Shown here piece by piece: positions 21,209 through 31,870 of a DNA stretch of 35,545 nt. The position numbers and the translations under genes are program-made. How positions within the stretch are numbered: the first letter of the stretch is position 1; every line of letters starts with the position of its first letter. The stretch is from Leidyana gryllorum EB-2025a (lineage: Eukaryota > Protista > Apicomplexa). The notes under the pieces were generated by a model that saw only the letters and a list, made by a program, of their open reading frames with translations, had not been told where the DNA came from and did not search any database. The stretch is from contig JBLWGC010000026.1 in NCBI GenBank assembly GCA_048772705.1, positions 1 through 35,545 on the forward strand, written 5' to 3'.

Positions 21209-21423
21209 TGTAACTACTGGTACTACAGGTGGCTTCGGTGGGTTCACTGTCAGGTTCATTAGCTGTATTGTTCTTAGTTCTCTTCTGAGTTCTTGTAGTC
21301 ATTTTCAATCTAATCTAAACTCCAAAAACCACACCACACACGTGCGTGTCTGTACTCTCCGTGTCTCCGGCCGGCCGGTCCGTGCCGGTCTCGGAGACAC
21401 AGACTTACCTAGTGTTCGCTACA
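21209..21423 (-). repeat. Element E 3' LTR (215 bp)
   Basis: TGTAAC...GCTACA next to the purine tract GAAGAAGAGGAGGGGAGGAG. Confidence 0.85.
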
Positions 21424-21442
21424 CTCCTCCCCTCCTCTTCTT

Positions 21443-22177
21443 CTAAAGGTCTTGGCCCTGAACTTCATCTGTTGAGAAATGCATGTTGCTCGGTTGTTTC
21501 CTGTTCCATTCTCTTCTGTATTCCTTCACTAAGTCCTCCGCCATTGCTTCTCTAATGGTGGATATCGGCTCCCATGTGCGCTCTCTCTCTCCAAAGCCAG
21601 CCCAGTCTATGAGCCATTCCATTGGACGACCTGTCATGTAGCCTCCCCTCTGTCCGCAAACCTTGTTCATGACATAGGTGGTGGTGTCTTCGGATGGATG
21701 TGGGCCTGCAAATGGTTTCAGTCTCGATGCATGAAATTTCTTGTGGCATCTCCATGATGCTGGTAAGTTCAGCTGGTAAACATCTCCTGGCCCTTTGGCT
21801 GTTACTTCATAGGGTCCACAGAAGGGCTTGGTCAGTTTGTGCATTGGCAATCCTCTCAAACCTTTGGTGTGTAGTAACACCCAGTCTCCTTCGTTTATAT
21901 TCGGCCTGGATCGCCCTTTGCCATACTGTTTCGCTTGTCTGGTCGCCGCTTCCATCCATCTGTCTTTGATAATCTGAAGTCGTTCCTCTGTGAGCCACGC
22001 TGCCACTGTTGGGTTCGTTATGGATTCCATCGTGGATGGAATCCTCGGCTGCAACCCACACTCGGCTTCGAATGGTGTCAGTCCCGTTGATTCGTTCATC
22101 ATTGTGTTGTATCCCAACTCTAGGGCTGGTATTCTTTCTGTCCATTTGGGGACCGCCTCTTCGCACAGTGTCCTCAG
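21443..22177 (-). pseudogene. pol: Element E integrase C-terminus + chromodomain
   Basis: TGLTPFE, KLTKPFCGPY, FHASRLKPF, WLIDWAGF..TWEP. Joins ANRTIIQML at 27145 across the F insertion. Confidence 0.9.
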
Positions 22178-22815
22178 TGTTGTAACCCCAAGTCGCTACT
22201 CGAGGGGAACGAGGCCCAGTTCTCATCTCTGCATACTCTCGACCACAAGTCAGACTTAGAACCCAGTTAGTATTTTTGCCGACAAGTCTACCACGAATAT
22301 GTCGCACACGACGGCGCAAAACAAGAACTACGACTTGTTGTACCAAGTGCAAAAGTTATCTTAGGCCGCCTCTTGCCTAGTCCAACTCTGACTTAGCCAA
22401 CTTGCTTGCGTGTGTCTCTCGCTCTGGTGTCTCTCTCACTCCACCCATGTGCCAGTCGCTCGCACTCTTGCGGAGCCTCGCGCTGGACACACACGGTAGT
22501 TCTCCCCGACACCACACTCTGATCATTCATGTGAGTGTCTGCACAGTTACACTGTTGCAGAGAGCTCAGACCACTAGGGTGCATTTGCCTTTACGCTTTA
22601 GTAGTGGTTGCTTTACGTTCGTTAATAATGCCTTTTCACCATCTTATACATGCCCCTATATAAGTGCCAAATATGTAGGGAAGTATCCAGATGGATGTTA
22701 ATTCGATTGGAAATTTCACCAAGTCGAATCTGGCCACCCGATAGGAAGTTGACCATCAGGCAAACACGAACTACAACACACGCCCCCTCCTCGGGAAAGG
22801 CATCGTCCCTGATGA

Positions 22816-25180
22816 CTAAGAGAATAGCTTTTGTCTCTTGTTAGGGAGATATACTACTTGCGTCAAAGGTCTATGCCTGCGTCGGGTCCTTGTGCCCCTT
22901 GCGGCTCTCTCGGCATGCCACTTTTCTTCATACTCCCGCAGCAGCTCGGGGTATGCGTGAAGTCTTTCACGGGGTACCCACGTCAAGTCCTTCCAGCCTT
23001 GCCACTTGACTTGGTAGTGCTCATCCCGTTGACGAAACTTGACGATCTTCTGAGGTACAGAAGACTCGGCCTCAGCTCTTGCCGGTGGTCTTAAGGTAGC
23101 CTCAGGTACTACCGGTGGTCTTGACGAAACCAGCGGTGCGTCATCGTCTTCGTCTAATGACACGGCACGCGGCGGCGACCGTATTCTTGGCGCTGTCGCT
23201 TCGGCTGGAGGCATTTCCTCTATAGTGGTTGGCAGTAGAATCTCTGGCGTCTCAGCCGGGAAGGGAGTGCCTTGGCTCATCTCTCCTTCTGGCTGCCTAG
23301 TCGCGGACGTAGAGGTAACGGGACCCACAGGAACGCAAATACTGATTCCGGAGCCTTCGCTACTTACACTCTCACGACGTCTCTGGGTCGTCGCCTCGGT
23401 ACTTGTAGGGATCGTACAAGTCCGGTCTTCCTTAGGCTGGATCCATGTGTCCACACCAACAGGTAAGACTCGATTCACGTTTACGCGATCGAAAGCCGAC
23501 TGAGACCCTTCAACTCTACACCAGGATCCGTCTTTAGACGTTTCCACCACTTTCTTTGGTGCACTCCACTTAGGCGATAGCTTCCGTGACGGGAAGTCGG
23601 TAAGTTCATAGTCACTTAACCGAACTAGCACCCATTGCCCCACATTCACGTTCTTCTCACGAGCCGACTTGTCGTACTGAGACTTCATTTTCTCATAGTA
23701 CTTTTCCAGACTTTGTCTTGCTCGGTGAGTGGCGTCATCAATAATCTGGCGTAGTTCCTTGGCATACTGCTCTCCCGTGGTATGAGGTCGGGTATTTCTC
23801 TCCCCCCCTCCGGGTAAGTGCGGTTGCCGTCCTCGGTTCAGTACAAAGGGTGACATTCCGAGTGCTCGATGATCGGTAATGTTATACCCGAACTGAATAC
23901 CGGGGAGATAGGAATCCCAGTTATTTGCCGTAAACCCGGTTAACGTGGCCAACGACTTATTGAGCGTGCGCATAAACCGTTCTGCATAACCGTCGCCTTG
24001 CGGGTAATACGCGGTTGAGGAGATCTTTTTAATGCCAAAGTGTGAGCATAAGTGTCCTACCAACTTGGCGCGGAAACTGGGTCCATTGTCCGATAATAGT
24101 CTTCTTGGACACCCATGATTGCAGATAATATGCTTGTTAAAAGCGTTAATGACGGTTATGGCCTCTTGATTGCGCGTCGGCACTAACTCAACCCACTTAG
24201 TGAATTGGTCAACGAATACCAGGACATACTTGTACCCATTTGACTCAGGGTAAGGTCCGCAGAAATCCATGGCGACAGTCCCCCATGGTTCTGTTGGTAC
24301 TTCTGACTTCATAGGGCCGTGTGGTTGTTGAGGTTTCCGTCTTTGGCATAGTACGCACTTTTCTAAGATTTGTCTTATCTTAAGTATCGTTAGGCTCGAT
24401 ACATATATTTGTGCGACCATGTGGCGTATTCGGTTAGGTCCGAAATGCGCGCCGACCGGGCTTTCGTGTATAGTGCGTACAACACGTTCCCATAGTTTCT
24501 CGGGAAGCCACGGTCTCCAACGGAAGCCATCATCGACTCCTATCAGTCCGTCAACCATGTACACTCCTTTACTTTTTGTAAAGTTGTTGGATATTCCCTC
24601 GTCTTGTTGTTCATGGTACAGTTCCGCTTCAGAGGGTAATTCCAACTTGGTGGGGAGTATGGCGTAAATCATGTGATCCTCCATGCACTCAGAGTCAGCG
24701 AATGTGCGAGTGAAGGCATCAACATTCGAGTGAGATTTACCCGATCGGTGGCGTATTTCGAACGGAGTAAACTCTGCCAGCGCAAGTGCCCATCGAACGG
24801 AGTAAACTCTGCCAGCGCAAGTGCCCATCGTTGTAAACGGCCGGTTCGTGCCTTAAACAACCATTGTAGACTTTCGTGGTCCGACCGAACGTAAAACTTG
24901 GAACCGAGGATGTATGTGCGGAACTTCTGTAGCGCTTCTTTTATAGCCAGTGCCTCTTTTTCCCTTATATGCCATCGTGACTCGGCAGGTGAGAACTTGC
25001 GGGACTCAAAGACAATGGGTCGGTCGCCTCTACCGTCACCAAAGTCTTGACTGAGTACTGCTGCCATGCCAATTTCAGACGCATCACAGTCCACAATAAA
25101 TTCTCGGGAAAAGTCAGGGTATGCTAGGACCACATCTCCACTGACCAAGGCTTTCTTAAGTGTATTGAAGGCGTTCTGTA
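22816..25180 (-). pseudogene. pol: Element F RNase H + integrase + long linker + chromodomain, frameshifted by a 35-bp duplication
   Basis: VDCDAS..EKEALA..SDHESL; HHCC; MDF..SDNG..AERF; YQVKWQGW..TW. Duplication at 24758-24827. Confidence 0.9.
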
Positions 25181-25410
25181 CGGTCTGGGCGTTCCGTACG
25201 AGCGAGCATAGCAACCTCTGTATGTTGCTGGAGGCGCTGAGTATACTCGCGGCGCTCTGTTTCCAACCGCTCCATAACCAATTGCTGCGAGCGCACCATT
25301 TCCATCATGAGTGTCATCATGTGGCGGGCGTCAATAGGGGTTTCCGCAGGCTGTTCCGTATTGCGAGGAGAAGCGGTATGCGAAGTGGCTTGCTCTTGGT
25401 TGGCAGACAT
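25170..25410 (-). pseudogene. gag: Element F gag N-terminal remnant
   Basis: ATG ORF (MSANQEQ...) with a coiled-coil-like segment after a ~1.1-kb leader, fused directly to the RT-RH connection region. Confidence 0.6.
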
Positions 25411-27355
25411 GTTTACTTAGTAAGTAAAGAGTAACTTCACAGCGAATGCTTAAGCAGTGATGGATGCTCAACAACGAATGCTTAGTGAATTGCAGTTGAA
25501 TTCTTTTTATTCATACTGCTTTGTGTGCGTGTCTCTGTGAGACAGCAACATTAGCGCCTCTTACGAGTGCTGCCCTTTGTAGAACGTTTAGTAAACGTAG
25601 ACGACGCTTCACGTCAGCACTTGAGTCGTTTTTCATTGGGCGAGGACTTATGTCCTTACTTACATAACACCGACACAGATGTTACCCGTATAACGACTTT
25701 ACTTCATGCTGAGACGCGTAGTGCGCCGGTGGTTCCCATTAGACCACCCTTGACAGTTGCTAGAGCTCGCCGGTTCCGGAGTTGGCGCTCCTTCACCGGT
25801 TTCCCACTGGTGCACCCAGGATGCCCTAGCCCTTCCAAGTTCACCTTTCTGGATGTTCGGCGGCTACAGAAGCACACACCTACTTGCCGCTAAGCAGGTA
25901 CCGGTCGGTACACATACACTTAGAGGCCCCAGTCCGGATTCCAAGAGGAACTAGGCTCCCTCTCAAGTTGAGCCAAACTAGCATACTGCGCGTTGCCAAA
26001 CCCTTCGATTCCCAGCGAAGAAAAGGGGTTTGTTACAACGACTCCCCGGCTCGCCGGGTTGACTGATCGCACTGTAGGTTCTCTACAGCCAGCCTTTTAA
26101 CAGATTTCGGACTTAAGTCCCCGCGACTCTGCGTACGTTCAATGTTCGCTACTAGGCCTGCCTGCCTTTCACTGAACACTCGCTGTCCTTAAAGGTACAG
26201 CTATGAGCCGAGGCTTTTAGTCCTACAGCCACATGTCGACTCCTGCTCCGGCTTATGCCCGGACGTCCCCCCTCCTTCTGGGAACTGGTGCTCCGTCACC
26301 TGACCATTTCATGTTTGAACTTAGAACAAAATGAAGGTAACTTAGCCTAAACCAGCTTTCCGAACCCCAGGGTGATGGGTTTCCGACTTAGCAGAATTCG
26401 CGATCCGCTCGCCTGGCGGTCCGCGCGACTTAGCGGATTTTCGTTGGCCGTCCCGGCGCCTCTTCCGTGACGATCCCACGATCCTCTCCGTGTGGCTGCT
26501 TGTGTGGCGATTTCTGCACAAGATGGCGGGCCGAGGCACCACGTGTTGTAACCCCAAGTCGCTACTCGAGGGGAACGAGGCCCAGTTCTCATCTCTGCAT
26601 ACTCTCGACCACAAGTCAGACTTAGAACCCAGTTAGTATTTTTGCCGACAAGTCTACCACGAATATGTCGCACACGACCGCGCAAAACAAGAACTACGAC
26701 TTGTTGTACCAAGTGCAAAAGTTATCTTAGGCCGCCTCTTGCCTAGTCCAACTCTGACTTAGCCAACTTGCTTGCGTGTGTCTCTCGCTCTGGTGTCTCT
26801 CTCACTCCACCCATGTGCCAGTCGCTCGCACTCTTGCGGAGCCTCGCGCTGGACACACACGGTAGTTCTCCCCGACACCACACTCTGATCATTCATGTGA
26901 GTGTCTGCACAGTTACACTGTTGCAGAGAGCTCAGACCACTAGGGTGCATTTGCCTTTACGCTTTAGTAGTGGTTGCTTTACGTTCGTTAATAATGCCTT
27001 TTCACCATCTTATACATGCCCCTATATAAGTGCCAAATATGTAGGGAAGTATCCAGATGGATGTTAATTCGATTGGAAATTTCACCAAGTCGAACCTGGC
27101 CACCCGATAGGAAGTTGACCATCAGGCAAACACGAACTACAACACTCAGCATCTGGATAATCGTTCGGTTTGCCCTCTCAACTAATCCATTCGTTTGAGG
27201 ATGGGCTGACGTCGTTGGTTTCAGGGTTGTTCCCCCTTTCTTGAATAGCTCTGTCCAGAGTTCCGACATCCATCTCGTGTCCCGGTCTGCCACAATGAAC
27301 TTGGGGTAGCCATGTTGTCGTACTATCCTGTTCATTACAATCTCTGCACACTGTG

Positions 27356-27544
27356 TGTAACCGTCGTGAGGGTTACTCTGTTCGGGGCTGCCTAGAGGTC
27401 TGTTGCGCAGGTGCATCTAAGATCTGTTCTGTTTCTAAGCGTGTAACCAAAAACGTGTGTTCCAAAAATCGTGTTTGTATCTTGTGTGTCTCCGGCCGGC
27501 CGTCCGTGTGCCGGTCCGGAGACACGTCCTTATCAGGGGTTACA
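27356..27544 (-). mobile_element. Solo LTR G (189 bp), TSD CTGTG
   Basis: TGTAACC...GGTTACA; CTGTG at 27351-27355 and 27545-27549. Removal restores VTAAQC|AEIVMNRIV. Confidence 0.92.
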
Positions 27545-27634
27545 CTGTGCTGCCGTGACGCTCAAGGTGCATGGTTCTAGGATTATTCTCCTCGTTAGGC
27601 GGTCGATTGCCACAAATAATTCGTCCATGCCGTT

Positions 27635-27791
27635 TGTAACCGGTCGGCCGGTTAGCGCGAGTACCGCTACGTAGACTAACTCCCATTCGGAATCTCCGTC
27701 CCTCTGTTCTGTTTGTGTCGTATGCGTGCAATGAAAAACCTTCATAGTTGTCTAGTCCCAATTAGCCGTTTCCAGCCTTTGCCGGCCTACA
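27635..27791 (-). mobile_element. Solo LTR H (157 bp), TSD CCGTT
   Basis: TGTAAC...CCTACA; CCGTT at 27630-27634 and 27792-27796. Removal restores PPDPTNG|MDELFVAIDRLT. Confidence 0.92.
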
Positions 27792-30123
27792 CCGTTCGTG
27801 GGATCTGGTGGAAGTGCCAGTAGATCAATTGATATACCTTCCCATGGGAGATCGGGCGGTGAAATGAGATTCAGCAGTCCCAAGGATGGTCGACGGTTTG
27901 CTTTGGCCCGTTGGCACGTTGTACAGTTTCTGCAGAAGGTTCGAACGTCGTTCGCCATTCCTGGCCAGGTATACTGGCCCGCTAGCCTGTGTAGAGTGCG
28001 CACGTGGCCCATATGTCCTGCCAGCGTTGAGGTGTGACTCTCTTCCAAGGTTTCTTCCCTTAGTCCATGTCCTGGTGGTACATATATCCTTCCTTTATGA
28101 TTAAAAATCAATCGTTGGCTTCCTCTTTCCATTCCTTCCGGTGGTTCAGTCCGGTTCGAGATTTCCTGCAGTCTTTCCGCAAAGGTTGATCTTACTTGTG
28201 TTTCGGTCGCCATCATCACAGTCGGTGCGGTCGTTGGCTCCGTTTGTGGCATGTCTGGTCTAGATAAGATGTCTGCCAGTAAATTCTGTTCTCCCGGAAT
28301 GTAGTCAATTCGGGTCGGAAATTGAGAGATTTTTATCAACCAACGTATGACCTTTGGGGATAGGTTCTTCAGTTTCACCAGCGTTGACAGCGGTTTGTGG
28401 TCCGTTTTCACGAGGAACGGTCTGGACATGAGATAGAACTTCCATCACTTCGATGGCATGCAGTTCGCGCTCGTGCACTGGCGAGTGCTGTTCCGTTGCA
28501 TTGAGCATTTTGCTGAAGTTCTCTATGACCACCACCTCATCTGGTGCTACTTCCTGGGTCAACGCTGCTCCTATAGTTGTGTTGGACGCATCCGTTGTCA
28601 CCGTGAATGGGATTTGAGGGTTCACCAGGCCCAACTTTAAGTCCTCTGTGAACTGTTCCGTTAACAGATGCCATTTTTGTCGCCTGTCGTCCAGTTGATT
28701 GTTCTTTGGTCCTTTTCTGTGCTCAAAATTTTGTGAAATTCACTTGTGAGTTGGGCAAAATTCTTGATAAATCTACCATAATAGGTCATGGCCCCAATCA
28801 CCTTCCTGAGCTCTTTGATGGTGTTGGGTGGCTTCTTGGTTCGGAACGTTTTGAGTCTATCTACATCTGGGGTGAGACCCTCCGCGCTAAGCGTGTGTCC
28901 TATGAAATCCACTCGTTGTAGGAAGAAGGCTGACTTTCGTGGATGAACCTTTAGCTTCCAGTGTTTGCAGGACGCTTCGTAGATGTTCTCTATGACTGGT
29001 AATGTTCTCGCTGTATACCAATATGTCATCTACATAGGCAAATACGTATTTCCCTATGGCTTCCTCGAGTATTTCTGCAATAAAGGCGACGAAGGCTCCC
29101 GGCGCATTGCGCAGTCCAAACGGTAAGACCGTATATTCGAACTTCCCAAATGGTGTCACAAAGGCGGTGTATTGTTGAGAGCCTGGCCTGATTCTCACTT
29201 GGTTATAACCCGATTGTAAATCCAGTTTGCTGAACACCTTCAATCCTCTGACCGAGTTTGCTATTTCTTCTTGTCGTGCTAGTGGATAGTTGTAGGGCAC
29301 TGTGCGCTCGTTAACAGCTTTGAAATTCACCACCAGTCGCGGAATTGGTGTATGTTTCTTCGGTACAAGAAAACAGGGTGATCCCCAAGGTGACTTCGAT
29401 CGCTTGATTCTCCCTGCCTCAGTAGTTCCTTTACCTGCCTCCTCATTTCCGCCGTTGCTTGCGGTGATGCTTGGTACGGATTTTGGTTCACTGGGTGCCC
29501 TGGTTGTACTTCTATCTCAAAATCGTGGAACTGTCTTTCGGGTGGTAAGGTCGTTGGCGGTGTGAACAGTTGGCCAAAGTCATTGGTTATCCAACTTTCC
29601 TCTGGTGGTACTCGAATGCTGGTAGGGTCAACTGCCTTTATTGGTATTGTCGTGATGAGACATTGCTTGGGTAAATAGAAGCTTTCCACCACTCGTACCA
29701 ACCCCTGCTCGTCTGTGGCTATGGCAATTCCCAACTTGGGGAATTCATTGATGCCTATTAGTCCGGCGTGTGTGTTCAATTGCAGTGGTGCTATACTGAA
29801 ATCCAACTTGACTTGTCTTCCGAGTCCACTTAGGATATCTAGCTCCACTCGTCCTCTCGTCGTGGTCTTTCCTATGCCAACTAACGGCTCTGCTTGTCCG
29901 TCACCGTCTCCCAAATCCATTCTATCTGCTGTTTGGGCACTCAGGATGTTGACTTCTGCTCCGGTATCCAGCAGAAACTTCAACGTCTCCTTTTGTCCTT
30001 GTCTTATTGCGTACCACACCACTGTGGCCTGGTTCACTCTCGCAGTTCGCATAATCGTTATCGGTACATGCTGTGTGCCCTGAGCCAGTGCCTCCCGTTC
30101 GGGACTTCGGTGAAGAGGCCTTT

Positions 30124-30582
30124 CTAAAAGTCCTGACTCGGTTCAGTGTCGGATGCTATGCTCCTTTCTGCCTCCTTGGCATCTGCTGTTGGCTCCACAG
30201 CCATGTGCACCGTTCTTCTTCGTACCGATCTTTCGGGTTGCTTGTCTTTGCAGCTGGCTGCTAAATGCCCACTCTTTCCGCACACGAAGCACAAGCCTCG
30301 TTTCCTGCATAAGTTCTTGTCAGTCTTTCTGAATCCTATGAGCACGCGTGCTCCCACATCTCTGTCCAATCGTCTTGTTCTGGCCAGTTCGAGTATAATC
30401 TCGATTGCTTCCTCAAAGGTACTGGGTCTCTGTGCCACTACCAGGTTTCTTTCAAGGTTGGGTAGTCCTCTGGTCAGTATCGAGATAACTTGCTTTTCCG
30501 TCATGTTGGAGATGCCGCGCCGTAGGAGCCTGGCCTTCTTAGCGTATTCCTCTATGTTGTTGTTGTTGGTTCGGAGATCCAT
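30124..30582 (-). pseudogene. gag: Element E gag C-terminal half
   Basis: IEEY..LTRGLP..CFVCGKSGHLAASC zinc knuckle; ends SQDF*. Confidence 0.85.
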
Positions 30583-30796
30583 AAGCTCTCAATCTTCGGA
30601 AAGGAAGACATAATCTTGAATGCAAGGAGGGTTCAAAATCTTTCAGAATGGTCGCAGCAAAAGGCTGGTGCTCTGAGTGCAGAGCCGGAAGTTGAAGGAG
30701 GCTACGCAGGTGGAGCTCACCATACCGGATCGGTCAAATCATCTCGAGGGTCTGGAGGCTATCTGTCCGACACGAAGCATCTTGACATGGAAGGGC

Positions 30797-31200
30797 TGTT
30801 GTAGTTCGTGTTTGCCTGATAGTCGGGTCGTCGAGGCGCACGTCCTGAGGGCGAGGTAGAGTACGCCGGGAGGTGACTGTAGAGGCCAAGGGTCGTAGTC
30901 GGGACGGGAGCGTGTGGTAGCGGGCGTGTGTGTAGGTCGTGGTAGGGCACGGGCGTGGTAGTGGGAGCAGGGATTCCGTAGGTGATAGGTCGTCCCCCTT
31001 TTCAGAGGTACTCCCTATATAAGTGCCAAATATGTAGGGAAGTATCCAGATGGATGTTCATCCGACTGGCGGAATCACATAGAGTCAGAATTCGGAACCC
31101 GATAGTGAGGCACCCGATAGTTATGGGACACACTCATAGGTTGAACGGGGACTCGGAGTCGAGCCTGCTGATCCACTCGCCCTACGACAGCACTACCACA
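30797..31200. repeat. Rearranged LTR-like sequence related to element F LTRs
   Basis: 30797-30820 equals the F LTR terminus in one orientation. ~31013-31120 matches an F LTR segment in the opposite orientation. Ends CTACCACA; no TSD. Confidence 0.6.
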
Positions 31201-31399
31201 CTAAGCTTAGCTCTTCAGCTGATCAGTTCATGTTCTTGATCAGTTCATGTCGCTTGTGCTACCTTGACTCCGGTCGTACGCCCGACTGCGGATATAACAG
31301 GGAGTGACACCCTGTGGTCGAGGGGGTAGAACAATTGAGTAGATTCATAGTCACCTCGGCCGACAGACAGGCCGGTGCGTAGTTGTTGTCATTATCACC

Positions 31400-31610
31400 C
31401 CGCACTCGGGCGGTTGGGCCACATGCCCCCAACAAGATCGTTGAAATTTCAGGTTTCTGCTTTGAGACGATCTGTTCCACGATCAGTCCCAAGGAAATGC
31501 GAATCCGACTTCCCAATTTGCCCTGTTGAGTGCGCCAATGCACGAAATAATCAAGACACAACAAAACCCACCGACAAGATTGACTGGTCACGTGAAGGAG
31601 TGCTCGAGTG
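31400..31610 (+). pseudogene. Highly decayed Gypsy pol fragments
   Basis: Across frames: MPPTRSLKFQV and QFALLSAPMHEIIK..KPTDKIDWS resemble the pre-RT and RT-connection segments of A/B. Confidence 0.45.
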
Positions 31611-31754
31611 ACCAAACTGACCAACATGACCAAACGAGAAACTGGGGACAGTGAACCCGGGACAGCAAACCCAGAGCACACACTTCAGGTGACAACAGAC
31701 GCTAGGCACCTTGGGACAGAAAGATCCACGAAAAGTCCAGCAAAAATCTGAATG

Positions 31755-31870
31755 CGACCTTAGTGATTTTTTTACATGAATAAATGCGTGTGTTCGCATG
31801 GAGACACCGGCCGGACACACACGGACTTACCGGAATGACCATCACTACCACTCGCCACCTACAGGCACAC
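31755..31870 (+). repeat. Degenerate B/C-family LTR fragment
   Basis: TTACATGAA..GGAGACACCGGC..ACTTACCGGAATGAC shared with the B LTR. Confidence 0.6.

Larger units (their letters stand above)
22178..27144 (-). mobile_element. Element F: internally deleted Ty3/Gypsy element with 601-bp LTRs, TSD CTCAG
   Basis: LTRs 22178-22778 and 26544-27144 (TGTTGTA...TACAACA; two differences seen). CTCAG at 22173-22177 and 27145-27149. PBS TGGTGCCTCGGC at 26530-26541; PPT at 22779-22792. Confidence 0.95.
27145..30133 (-). pseudogene. pol: Element E pol (PR, RT, RH, IN N-half), multiple frameshifts and two solo-LTR insertions
   Basis: LLDTGA, KLDLQSGYNQ, YVDD, TTDASN, TDHKPL and HHCC are spread over ORFs 29327-30052, 28887-29333, 28661-29029, 28305-28634, 27752-28429. 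Confidence 0.9.
21209..30600 (-). mobile_element. Element E: decayed chromovirus hosting element F and two solo LTRs; 5' LTR missing
   Basis: 3' LTR 21209-21423, PPT 21424-21442, split IN-chromodomain, frameshifted RH/RT/PR fragments, and gag 30124-30582. Confidence 0.9.
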
